Shown here in pieces: positions 28,258-40,678 of a DNA stretch of 64,000 bases; positions within the stretch are counted from its first letter, which is position 1, and each line of letters opens with the position of its first letter. Under the pieces are notes generated by a model that saw only the letters and a program-made list of their open reading frames with translations, ran no database searches and was not told the origin of the DNA. The position numbers were made by a program, and so were the translations under genes. The stretch spans positions 1,426,001 through 1,490,000 of the forward strand of contig OX597842.1 in assembly GCA_951406725.2 (NCBI GenBank), given 5' to 3'. The DNA is from Octopus vulgaris (Eukaryota).

Positions 28258-29109
28258 CTCTTTTTTACTCTTTTACTTGTTTCAGTCATTTGACTGTGGC
28301 CATGCTGGAGCACCGCCTTTAGTCAATCAAATCGACCCAAGTACTTATTCTTTGAAAGCCCAGTACTTATTCTATCAGTCTCTTTTGCTGACACAGACAC
28401 AAAGACACACAAACATATACACACACATACATATATATGACAGGCTTCTTTCAGTTTCCGTCTACCAACTCCACTCACAAGGCTTTGGTTGGCCCAAGGC
28501 TATAGCAGAAGACACTTGCCCAAGGAACCACGTAGTGGGACTGAACCTGAAACCATGTGGTTGGTAAGCAAGCTACTTACCACACAGCCACTCCTGCGCC
28601 TATATATATATACGACGGGCTTCTTTCAGTTTCCGTCTACCAACTCCACTCACAAGGCTTTGGTCGGCCCAAGGGTATAGCAGAAGACACTTGCCCAAGG
28701 AACCACGTAGTGGGACTGAACCTGAAACCATGTGGTTGGTAAGCAAGCTACTTACCACACAGCCACTCCTGCGCCTATATATATATACGACGGGCTTCTT
28801 TCAATTTCCGTCTACCAAATCCACTCACAAGGCTTTGGTCTGCCCGAGGCTATAGTAGAAGACACTTGCCCAATCGCCACACAGTGGGACTGAGCCCGAA
28901 ACCATGTAGTTGGTAAGCGAGCCACTTACCACACAGCCACTCCTGCGCCTATATATATATACGACGGGCTTCTTTCAATTTCCGTCTACCAAATCCACTC
29001 ACAAGGCTTTAGTCAGCCTGAGGCTATAGTAGAAGACACTTTGCCCAAGATGCCACGCAGTGGGACTGAACCCGAAACCATGTGGTTGGTAAGCAAGCTA
29101 CTTACCACG
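28258..29109 (-). repeat. SINE A with four tandem ~175-bp head units
   Basis: Units start at 28437, 28612, 28787, 28961. Confidence 0.9.
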
Positions 29110-29732
29110 CTTAGTATTCTGCAAGAACACTAGATCTGTTGTTTAGAAGTTTTCAACCAGTGGATAATGTTGACAGTGTGGTGGTGTTGACAACATGTCA
29201 GTGTTGACAATTCAGTGCTGTTGTCAATGTGACTGTTGATGACATGACAGTGTGACAGTGTTGATGGTGAAACTATGACAGATTGTTCAATATCAGTTTG
29301 GAATATTGTTCTCAAAAACCATTGATTTGTTGCTTATAATTTGTTGATGTCTATTATTCTTTGCTTTGTATGTTATTCCTGAAAGATATACATGTGCATG
29401 TATGTGTGTGTGTATATATATATATATATACATATACACACACACATTTTATTTGTAGATTAACAAAACAACCAAAGGTTTCATGTGGTAGGGATTTCCA
29501 CAATTGCTTGGTATTCCAAGTGGTTTGCTTGAATAATTGTGGAGATCTCTTCCACATGAAACCGTTGGTTGCCTTATTAATTCATAAATAAAGAATATAT
29601 AAATGCAATATTTAACATTCATTCTCACTATTCAATACTAGTGTCTGTGTGTGTACATATATATATAAGAATTTTTTGCGTAATAAGATAAAAAACCAAG
29701 GCTGTGTAGATATTAGAACATTTATAGATAGG

Positions 29733-29782
29733 TCTTACAGCTGTTTCAGGACATTTATTAATTATATCCCTTCATTGGAGAT
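29733..29782 (-). ncRNA. Degenerate hammerhead motif
   Basis: AUCU-CCAAUGA-AGG...CCU-GAAAC-AGCU-GUA-AGAC; core mutated at U4 and G5. Confidence 0.5.
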
Positions 29783-29920
29783 GGTGTGAGAGGATGGTTA
29801 AGTAATAATTAATTTAGATGGGATACATTTATTTTTTTCCACCAGCACGGAAGCCATTTAGCTGCTCTGGCAATGATCACGCTTGGATGGTCCTCAAATA
29901 TATATATATATATATTTAAT

Positions 29921-30270
29921 GTAGGATAAAATTTTTTCCAAAAAAAAAATTTATCAATGGCCAGCATATTAAAAAATACCTTTAAAGGTTAAAATTATAA
30001 ACAACTTATAAATAAGGGCAAAGGAAAAAATTTCTAATGCCAAATATGCTGAAAAATTGGACATATTGTCCATTACCATATAATTTATCACAATACGCAC
30101 ACTACTGGAAAAAAAAAGCCGACAGAAATTTCTAAAAAATTCCATTATTACCATATCGGACCGATTTCAGGGTTAACTTATAAGAGCCCTCCCTTCGTCA
30201 GTGATCCATGTGGCAAAAGAAATAAATGAGATACTTATTCATACCTATGGGAGAAGCAAAACACTATTTA
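29921..30270 (-). mobile_element. Short AT-rich hammerhead-bearing element next to (TA)n
   Basis: Homologous to 8741-9300 (aggataaaatttt...atcaatggccagcata...aatacctt...aatatgctgaaaa); a similar end occurs at 8263. Confidence 0.65.
30150..30205 (-). ncRNA. Type I hammerhead ribozyme motif, intact core
   Basis: AUCA-CUGACGA-AGGG...CCCU-GAAA-UCG(GUC)CGA-UA-UGGU; all three stems pair, AUA cleavage triplet. Confidence 0.8.
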
Positions 30271-30582
30271 TAAGTTGTGTATATATATATATATGTATTA
30301 TGAGCTTTCAGTTTCTGTCTACCAAATCCACTCACAAGGCTTTGATCATCCCAAGGCTATAGCAGAAGGCACTTGCTCAAGGTACCACACAGTGGGGCTG
30401 AATCTGGAACCATGTGGATGGGAAGCAAGCTGCTTACCAAACAGCCATGCTGGAAAAAAATAAACATAAACTTGAAAAGAGAAAAAAACCTGTGGATCCC
30501 AATAAAAAGAAGAGAAGAAAAGGTGCACAGAAGTTTTGTCTTGACATGATTGGGTGAAATTTTAGACTGAACAAATTACTAC

Positions 30583-30697
30583 AGTTCTATATTTAAGAGA
30601 TGAGGAATTATGTACACTATTTACATTCGACGGATATTTCTTAACAACAAACAAGATGACGACAAATATCCGTCGAATGTAAATAAAGTAAATAATG
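30583..30697. mobile_element. 115-bp fold-back insert with 15-bp TSD
   Basis: tgaacaaattactac at 30568 and 30698; perfect 22-bp inverted repeat 30618-30639 / 30664-30685; same family at 37088-37157. Confidence 0.8.
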
Positions 30698-31436
30698 TGA
30701 ACAAATTACTACTGATTTGTTGTTTTCTTTCATTATCCTCTCACAATAAATCGTTTCCTTCTAATTCTTATTTTGCCGCTTTTCCTTTTGGAAGCTGCAA
30801 AGCAACCTCAATACTGTTGGTGACACAAAAAGCACTCAGTCCATGCTGTAATATTTACTTTGAGCAAAGATGCTAGGGCTTCAGAAAGCTATTTGGCTTT
30901 GCTGATGGCAAGGTAACCTCTCCAGTGCTGGTGCCAAGATAAATGAACCCAGAACACTTTCTAAAGCAATTGGTGTGAGGAATCGAATCCAACCTTAGAA
31001 ATCATATTAAAGCTGAAACACTGGAGCAAGACATGATCCTCCAAAGAACTGGATCCTGGAGAAACCTTCTGAAACCCATAACCTTGGAAAGCAATATGAA
31101 AAGATGATGATGATACTGATATATATATATTTAAATACATATCATCATCATTTAATGTCCGTTTTCCATGATGATGATGATGATATATATATGTATATAT
31201 ACATATATATACACACACACACACATATATATATACATACATATATACACACACAGTAACATACATATATCCATGTATCCATATATATATATGTACATAT
31301 ACACACATATATACATGTATGCAAGTGTATATATATATATATGTATACATATGTGTAAGTATGTACACACACACATATGTATATATCATTCAAATAGAAG
31401 TTATGTTGGCCTCATATCCATTTTCTTATTCTTCAA

Positions 31437-31505
<69 letters not shown>

Positions 31506-32393
31506 CACGTGTATATATGTGTTTGTATACACATATATCTACACACACAAACATTGACACAAAACTATAGCTGATGTGAGAAGAAGAAAAAGAAGGAGAA
31601 GGAGGAGGAGAAGAAGAAGAAGAAAAAGAAGAAGAAGAAGGAGGAGGAGGAGAAGAAGGAGAAGAAGAAGAAGGAAAATCACATCCAAGAAACGCAAAAC
31701 TATTTTGTAGAAAATGTAAAATTAAAAAGCTAAACATTGCCAAATATAGCAATCACAATTCACCAGCCATCACCCACCCACCTCTTCCACCACTTCCCAC
31801 TTTGAATAAAGTGGTGGTGGTGGTGGGGGGAAGACACCCCAGAAATATACGAACTATATAAAAGCAAAAAAAAAATTGAAGAAATTACAAAAAATAAAAA
31901 AATAAAACTATACTAAAATTTTTCAAAAAACAATCAGAAAACAAAAACCTTCACACATACATGTATACAATAACGAAAAAATAAAGACAGTGCTGCTACA
32001 AATACAAATTTAAGAAACGGTAAAATAACCATCAGGAATAAGCAGTCGAAAATGATAAGTGGAATTAATATTTTTCCCTTTATCACTTACCTGTCTTTTG
32101 AATGTGAGTTTTCTCCTTCTATAGTAATTTTTTTGGGTATTGTTTAGTGTTTGTTTTGCCTTTATACTTCTTATTTTGCTCTTTGTTTTGTTTGTGGTCT
32201 TTTTGTGTGTAGTATGGCATTTATGTTTCAGGGGTTGTTTTTGTTTTTATTTTCCGTTGTTTTTTTTTATTTTTTCGTCTTTTTTTTCAGTGGATAAATT
32301 TTTTAAAGCTAGCTAGCAAACTAGCAGAAGACAAAATTTTGAAATGGCAGAGAAATGAAATAAAAATCATAGGTACACCAATACATACATAAA

Positions 32394-32438
<45 letters not shown>

Positions 32439-32604
32439 TACGTTTATCTATGTATTTGAAGAACTATTGGCATGTGAATATATGTGTTTGTGTGTGTGTA
32501 TGCTTGTGTGTGTGTGTAAATATATATATAGATACACATACTTACATGTTTATATGTCTTCATATATACATATACATTTATATACATACATATATCGATA
32601 TACA

Positions 32605-32648
<44 letters not shown>

Positions 32649-33870
32649 AATTTACATGTGAATATCTCTATATTCACATATATACTTTTGTATAGTCCTA
32701 CCTTTATATATATTGATATATATCGCATACCTGTCTATGTACACAGCAACACGTGTGTATATATATATATATATATATATAGAGACACACACACACATAT
32801 CTCTGCATATGTACCTACACACACATTCATACATGCACACTACACTCTTACAAAGAAAATATGGATGGCGATAACCGTAGCCAACAACCATAACAACAAC
32901 AACAATAATAAACCCTAATAAAATTTAGGTGAAAATACTTTGTGATTATAAAAGAACGATATCGCTTGTAGGTATTTCATTACAAGTTTCACACAGCTTC
33001 ATTTCTGCCATTTTTCAGCGGGTTTTCTTTTCCTCCCTTTTTTTCTTTTCATAAGGGGAAGATAAATGGTGTTGGAGTTGGTCTGTGGTGGTTGTTTCCC
33101 AAGAAGTATTGTATTTCATATTTCACTTTTTTTTTTGTTTCTCTTGTCTTTGTGTGTTTTTTGTTTTGAACGAGTTTATTTGTCACATGATAAGAATGTT
33201 AAGAAAACGATGTTAGTCATTTTTTTTTACTATTCTATTATTCTTTTGTTGTTTTTGTTTTATTTCATATTCACAAGGGAGATAAGTATGTACAATCTAC
33301 TAAACGTCACCAGTAGACATCTTAGCAAAAAGGACAGTTTGTGGTTGGTGTCGTTGTTGTTGTTGTTGGTATTAGTGCTGTTGGTCTTATACTAAAGTCT
33401 TTTTGGTTTGTTTCTCACCTACATGTGTGTGTGTGTGTAACTAAGAGAGGGAGATAAAAGGTGAGAAGATAAGTAGACAGACAAATAGACACATACATGT
33501 ATATATGTGTGCACAAATAAATGTAATACATATATATATATATTTACGTGTACTTTATATATAAACATACACACACACATATATATATATATATATGTGT
33601 GCATGTGTATATTATATGTACTTGTGTGGATAATATATATATATATATATAGGTGCAAGCATGGTTGAGTGGTAAGGCGGTGGGCTGGCAGAATCATTAG
33701 CACGCCAGGTGAAATGATAAACTTCTGGAAAGTTTTACAGAGTTTTATAGTTCCTGTGATGACTTGGATCTGTATACTTTTGTATAGTCTTAGCTCTATA
33801 TATAGTCATATATATCACATACCTATCTACATACACAGCAACACATATGTGTATATATATATATATATAT

Positions 33871-34164
33871 AAATTATTACATTATATAAAAGGGCTTAGT
33901 AAAATAAATTACTTTGCCGCATACTGAACTCATTAGAAATAGCAGCTAAAAAACTTTTTTAAAGCTATTTCTAATACTTAAAGAAAATCTCTCTCATATA
34001 TAGTGTTTGCTTGATTCGAATCAAGCAAACACTATATATGAGAGAGATTTTCTTTAAGTATTAGAAATAGCTTTAAAAAAGTTTTTTAGCTGCTATTTCT
34101 AATGAGTTCAGTATGCGGCAAAGTAATTTATTTTACTAAGCCCTTTTATATAATGTAATAATTT
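33871..34164. repeat. Perfect 294-bp loopless palindrome within (TA)n
   Basis: Symmetry axis between 34017 and 34018 (ttgattc|gaatcaa); 147-bp arms with no mismatch seen. Confidence 0.95.
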
Positions 34165-34269
34165 ATATATATATATATATATATATAGACAGACACACAT
34201 ATCTCTGCATATGTATCTACACACACTTGTACATGCATTCTACACTCTTACAAACAAAATATGGAATCA

Positions 34270-34882
34270 ACTTTCTCCTTTATGGTTTTGAGAAGCCTAA
34301 TTTCTCAAAATTGGTACTTAAGCAATGTGTTACATATCCCAATGCCCAAATAATTACGGGTATAAACCTAAACTTGTAATCTGGACTGAGTAACAACAGA
34401 TTTCTCAATAGGAAATTCAGCATAGACATTTCTGTTTCACAGCTCCTTGGCTTAACATGAACATCCACTGGGCAGCTGATTTCAACAGTACATAGTTTCT
34501 CTTCTTTATTCCAAATTATTATGTCAGGTCTATTATGTTTACACCTTATCAAGGTCTTCCCTGGACACTCCACCAGTTCTCCTTTTTATTATGAGAGGCT
34601 ATGACTCCCACCATACAGTGGGTTCTTATTTCTTCATCCTCAGGGTTATCCTTCTGACAAATCTCATTATACAGATCCTATCACAAGATCATGTCCCACT
34701 GGTAGATAATACCATGATGACATTTTTGGACACAGGATCTTTGGTGTTAACTCCACAAAATCTGCATCGATGTTCACATTCTGCTGCTTTTTCTGTATTT
34801 CTGTTCCTTTAGGGCACCAGGTATTTTGTTGATATTTCCTGTTCCCGGATGGCCAATGCATATCCTTCAAAGTGAAGGTTAG
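34270..34882 (-). pseudogene. R4/Dong-like LINE fragment: zinc knuckle plus restriction-like endonuclease
   Basis: HFEGYALAIREQEISTKYL...CRFCG.../CPKMSSWYYLPVGHDLV/KHNRPDIIIWNKEEKLCTVEISCP...IPVIIWALG across frameshifts. Confidence 0.8.
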
Positions 34883-35482
34883 TGTAGCAGCACAAACAGC
34901 CAGTACCATATTGGATGAGATCTCGAGGCAACCATTGCCATCTCTGAGACTGGAGCGAAACCTCACCTGCATCCATTTGCCATGTGCGAGATCACGAGGC
35001 TCATGATGGAGAAAACTATATAAACGGGAAACCGATTCAGACCAGCCTCTTTTGGCGCCATCACACAGCAGCATTGGCTGAACACGAACACTGGCAGAGT
35101 TTTCTGCCTTTCTATCTCCAGTGGCTATGCACCCACACTATCGGAGCTTAAGATGGTATCTGAGAGCAGCACACTTCACCTTTCCTGTAAATAAACCAGT
35201 TCTGAACTACATAAAGAACAAGAAGAATGATGGAAGGAGATGATATTCCTCCAATAACACCACTGCCTGTGGTTTTCTGCCTGACTATCTTCAGAGACAA
35301 TGCGGCCACACAATCGAAGCTTAAGATGGTAACTGAGAGAAGCACACTTCACCTTTCTTGTAAATAAACCAGTTGTAAATAGCAGATGTACTTGAAGTCT
35401 TTTCTCTTCACCTGCCAGAAGCCTGAACTTCATAAAGAACAAGAAAAGGATAATGGAAGAAGATGATGTTCTTCCGATATCA
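34883..35482 (+). mobile_element. Possible solo-LTR remnant with duplicated 3' segment
   Basis: Starts TGTAG, has tatataaa and aataaa, ends ...CA; 35135-35258 is repeated, with extra sequence, at 35307-35482. Confidence 0.35.
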
Positions 35483-35871
35483 TAAACCTTGCCTTCTATT
35501 ACTAAATTAGCAATCTGGCTATCGGTCCATGGTAGACTGCTTTGATGATCAATGTTGCAGTCATCCCAGAGCTTTCTGCGAACATATCCATGCACAGTGT
35601 ATCTCATGATACACTGCAACAGAGTGGTGCAACTTCTTTGGATGGGTATGTATGTATATAGGTGTGTGTGTGTGTATGTGTAAGTGAGAAGGAAAGAACT
35701 TCCCTGTTAAACATTTCAAAGTCCTTTTTCAGATGTTTTAACTCAGGAAGGTCTTACATAATGGGTACATTCCCTATTATGTATTACATAAAGATTAAAA
35801 CACATGTATTAAATGATTTCAAAATATCACTGTTTAGCTTGATTTCATTATTACATTTTATATATTCCTAT

Positions 35872-35903
<32 letters not shown>

Positions 35904-36206
35904 GCACATGCATACACATATATACATACACACACAGTGATGTATGAGGTAGTGTGATTGTACATGTGTAAATGTGAAGTCTTATTTTTGTTTCGGATGT
36001 GTCGTGTGTATTTTCATGAACTTAATGATGATTGCCCGTTAGGTGTGTCTGGCACTGTTTGATGTCTCAACGTGCTTAATGAATAAAGGTTAAAGACCAC
36101 ACATATAAATATTATACACAAACTCAAAATTCCATACACACACATATACACACACATATATACAAACATATGCATATTTGAGTGTATGTATATGTATAAG
36201 AATATC

Positions 36207-36620
36207 TCTTTACTCTTTTACTTGTTTCAGTCATTTGACTGCGGCCATGCTGGAGCACCGCCTTTAGTTGAGCAAATCGACCCTGGGACTTATTCTTTGT
36301 AAGCCCAGTACTTATTCTATTGGTCTCTTTTGCCGAACCGCTAAGTGACGGGGACGTAAACACACCAGCATCGGTTGTCAAGCAATGCTAAGGGGACAAA
36401 CACAGACACACAAACACATACACACACACATATATATATATATATATACATATATACGACAGACTTCTTTCAGTTTCCGTCTACCAAATCCACTCACAAG
36501 GCATTGGTCGGCCCGGGGCTATAGCAGAAGACACTTGCCCAAGTTGCCACGCAGTGGGACTGAACCCGGAACTATGTGGTTGGTTAGCAAGCTACTTACC
36601 ACACAGCCACTCCTGCGCCT
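36207..36620 (-). mobile_element. SINE family A copy, near consensus
   Basis: Full-length match to family A. Confidence 0.9.
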
Positions 36621-36636
36621 ATACATATATATATAT

Positions 36637-36667
<31 letters not shown>

Positions 36668-36909
36668 CATACATATATATATACATATATATACACATAT
36701 ATATATATACATATATATATACATATATATATACATATATATATATACATATATATATACATATATATATACATATATATATACATATATATATATACAT
36801 ATATATATACATATATATACATATATATATACATATACATATATATATACAAACATATGCATATGTGAGCGTATGTATATGTATATAAGAATATATTTAT
36901 ATATATATG

Positions 36910-36950
36910 ATGACGGTTACCTCTTATGTCTTTAAATGTACACTGTATTT

Positions 36951-36987
<37 letters not shown>

Positions 36988-37027
36988 AATACAGTGTACA
37001 TTTAAAGACATAAGAGGTAACCGTCAT
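36910..37027. repeat. Palindrome with 47-bp arms around a (TA)n centre
   Basis: atgacggttacc...tttatacat / atgtataaa...ggtaaccgtcat. Confidence 0.9.
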
Positions 37028-37304
37028 AGGATTCTTTTTATGCTAGAATGAATCCTATGATGGTTACCTCTGATGTGTTTAAAGCTCTGTACATTATTTA
37101 CATTTTTAAATAATGTAAATAATGTACATAATTCCTCATCTCTTAAATATAGAATTGTAAAGCTCAATACAGTTGTGTGGAAGTTCTGTCGTCCACATGT
37201 GTAGGTGAGCCAATGCCACAGTGGAAGGGGCCTAGACACCTAGAGAGCTGCTTCATTAAGGATGGCAGAAACATCTGGCCCAGACACAACAAAGCATTGG
37301 CAAT

Positions 37305-37582
37305 GGCATAGGTGCATTAACCCACCACTGGCATAGGTGCAATTTATGTGCCACCAGCACAGGTGCATTTATGGGGCACTGGCACATTAACCCACCACTG
37401 GCACAGGTGCCTTTTAAGTGGCACCAGCACAGGTGCATTTATGGGGCACTGGCACGAGTGCATTAACCCACCACTGGCATGGGTGGCTTTTATGTGCCAC
37501 CATCTCAAGTGCATTTATGGGGCACTGGCATGGGTGCATTAACCCTCCACTGGCACAGGTGCCTTTTAAGTGGCACCAGCAC
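37305..37582. repeat. Degenerate minisatellite related to the family D internal unit
   Basis: Repeated gcattaacccaccactggca / ggcaccagcacaggtgcatttatggggcactggca. Confidence 0.75.
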
Positions 37583-38893
37583 CCGAAGGACAAGCCTGTA
37601 TGTATGGAAGATAGTGGTTGTACTTAGTCTGACATGGCTTATCAAGTACAGCAAATCACCATATCTCCCGGTCCCAAAGTCCCTCACATGTATAAATGTA
37701 TGTATGTGTCTTTGTGACACTTGCCCAAGGTGCCATGCAGTGGGACTGAACCTGGAACCACGAGATTGCGAAGCAAGCTTCTTACCACACAGCTATGCCT
37801 GCGCCTATACATATATACATAGAGAGGTACAGGCTTGACTGTGTTGTAAGAAGTTTGCTTCCCATCCACATGGTTTCAGGTTCAGTCCCACTGCGAGGCA
37901 CCTTGGGCAAGTGTCTCTGTGACACTTGCCCAAGTACAGAAAATCACCACATCTCCTCGTTCCAAAGCCCCTCACATGTATAAATGCATGTGTCTTTGTG
38001 TCTCTATTTGTTCCCTATCATTGCTTTGCAACCGGTGTTGGTGTGTTTACATCCCCCATAAGAGTTCAACAAAAGGTATCAATCGAATAAATACCAGGTT
38101 TAAATCAAATAAGCAAGTACTGGGATCAATTCATTCAGCTAAAAATTCTTCAAGGTGGTGCCCCAGCATGGCCGACCAATGCTGGCATCACATAACTGGA
38201 ACCCATGCTGGTGGCATGTAAAAAGCTTCTTTCGAGTGTTGGGCCTCATGGAGGCAATGACCCAAGACCTTTGACATTATGTCGTGCTTGAGAAGCAGAC
38301 CCATCAAGCTGAGCAAAATCACAGTCATGGCAGATACCAGTGTCATGCAAATGGCACCTGTGCTGGTGGCACATAAAAGCTCCCATTACACCCTGAGAGT
38401 CTAATGGGAGTGCATTAGGAAGGGTATCCAACCATAGAAAACCATGTCAAATAAGACTGGAATCTGGTGCAACCATCCAGTTTGCCAGCCCCGGACAAAC
38501 CATCCAACCCATGCCAGCATAGATAACGGATATTAAATGACAATGATGATGATGGTGACGACACACACACAGACATACAATAATAGCTTTTTTTCCCCTT
38601 AAAATAATAGCCAGTTGTTCCAACTTTGATTTCTACAAAGGAGATTGGCTGTAGTTGCACATGTCTAATAAACACTACCTTGCCTTGCAGTTCACTTCAG
38701 AAGAGGCAAGAGTTGAAACAGCTGGCCATGCAAGAAAGCAACAATTCAAATACACCTGCTCTGATTATAATACCATGATACTGTTGATTACTTCAAATTC
38801 TCAATGAAAATACATACATCCACCCCTCTCTCTCTCTCTCACTTCCTCTGTATTTGTATATATGTTTGAGTATATTTCCATTTATTTATAAAT

Positions 38894-39291
38894 AGGTGCA
38901 GGAGTGGCTGTGTGGTAAGTAGTTTGTTTACCAACCACATGGTTCCGGGTTCAGTCCCACTGCGTGGCACCTTGGGCAAGTGTCTTCTACTATAGCCTCG
39001 GGCCAACCAAAGCCTTATGAGTGGATTTGGTAGACGGAAACTGAAAGAAGCCCATCGTATATATATGTATATATATGCATGTGTGTGTTTGTGTATCTGT
39101 GTTTGTCCCCCTAGCATTGCTTGACAACCGATGCTGGTATGTTTATGTCCCAGTTACTTAGCGGTTTGGCAAAAGAGACCGATAGAATAAGTATTGGGCT
39201 TACAAAAGAATAAGTCCCGCGGTTGAGTTGCTCTATTAAAGGTGGTGCTCCAGCATGGCTGCAGTCAAATGACTGAAACAAATAAAAGAGT
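38894..39291 (+). mobile_element. SINE family A copy
   Basis: Full-length match to family A. Confidence 0.9.
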
Positions 39292-39576
39292 AAATACATA
39301 CTCTTGAATCCAGAACATAATGTATTGAAAACCAGCAACACATTTCTTTTATCCAGTACTGCAATGGAGTATGATGTGGCACAACTTCCAGTTCTGCTAT
39401 TACTGCTACCATCATCACAACCCACCATAATCATTGCCAACACCACCACTACCATCACTACAATCACTATCACCACCACCACTATCGCTACCTCTCCCAC
39501 CCATACTACCATTATCTGATGACTGCTGCACCCACTGCCACAACCATCATCACCACTACCACCACCAGCACAAAAA

Positions 39577-40678
39577 CCTATTTCTTTACTATCCACAAGG
39601 GGCTAAACACAGAGGGGACAAACAAGGACAGACAGATGGATTAAGTTGATTATATAGATCCCAGTGCATAACTGGTACTTAATTTATCGACCCCGAAAGA
39701 ATGAAAGGCAAAGTCAACCTCGGCGGAATTTGAACTCAGAACGTAGTGGCAGATGAAATACCTATTTCTTTACTACCCACAAGGGGCTAAACACAGAGAG
39801 GACAAACAAGGACAGACAGACGGATTAAGTTGATTATATCGATCCCAGTGCATAACTGGTACTTAATTTATCGACCCCGAAAGGATGAAAGGCAAATTGA
39901 CCATGGCGGAATTTGAACTCAGAACGTAATGGCAGACGAAATACCTATTTCTTTACTGCCCGCAAGGGGCTGAACATAGAGGGGACAAACAAGGACAAAC
40001 GGATTCAGTTGATTATATCGACCCCAGTGCGTAACTGGTACTTATTTAATCGACCCCAAAAGGATAAAAGGCAAAGTCGACCTCGGCGGAATTTGAACTC
40101 AGAACGTAATGACAGACGAAATACCTATTTCTTTACTGCCCACAAGGGGCTAAACATAGAGGGGACAAACAAAGACAAACGGATTAAGTTGATTATATTG
40201 ACCCCAGTGCGTAACTGGTACTTATTTAATCGACCCCAAAAGGATAAAAGGCAAAGTCGACCTCGGCGAAATTTGAACTCAGAACGTAATGGCAGACGAA
40301 ATACCTATTTCTTTACTGCCCACAAGGGGCTAAACACAGAGGGGACAAACAAAGACAGACAGACGGATTAAGTCAATTATATCAACCCCAGTGCGTAACT
40401 GGTACTTAATTAATCGACCCCAAAAGGATGAATGGCAAAGTCAACCTCAGCGGAATTTGAACTCAGAACGTAATGGCAGACGAAATACCTATTTCTTTAC
40501 TGCCCACAAGGGGCTAAACATAGAGAGGGACAAACGGATTAAGTTGATTATATCGACCTCAGTGCGTAACTGGTACTTATTTAATCGACACCAAAAGGAT
40601 AAAAGGCAAAGTCGACCTCGGCGGAATTTGAACTCAGAACGTAGCGGCAGACAAAATACTGCTAAGCATTTCGCCCGC
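39577..40678 (-). repeat. Tandem array of six ~180-bp SINE B units
   Basis: Units start at 39577, 39761, 39944, 40124, 40304, 40488. Confidence 0.92.

Noticed and set aside
32084-32125. Minus-strand exon with a GTAAGT donor
   Set aside because: No polypyrimidine acceptor and no recognisable peptide; cannot be supported without transcripts
39577-40678. CRISPR-like regular array
   Set aside because: Whole units are repeated, there are no unique spacers or cas genes, and the units are SINE-derived
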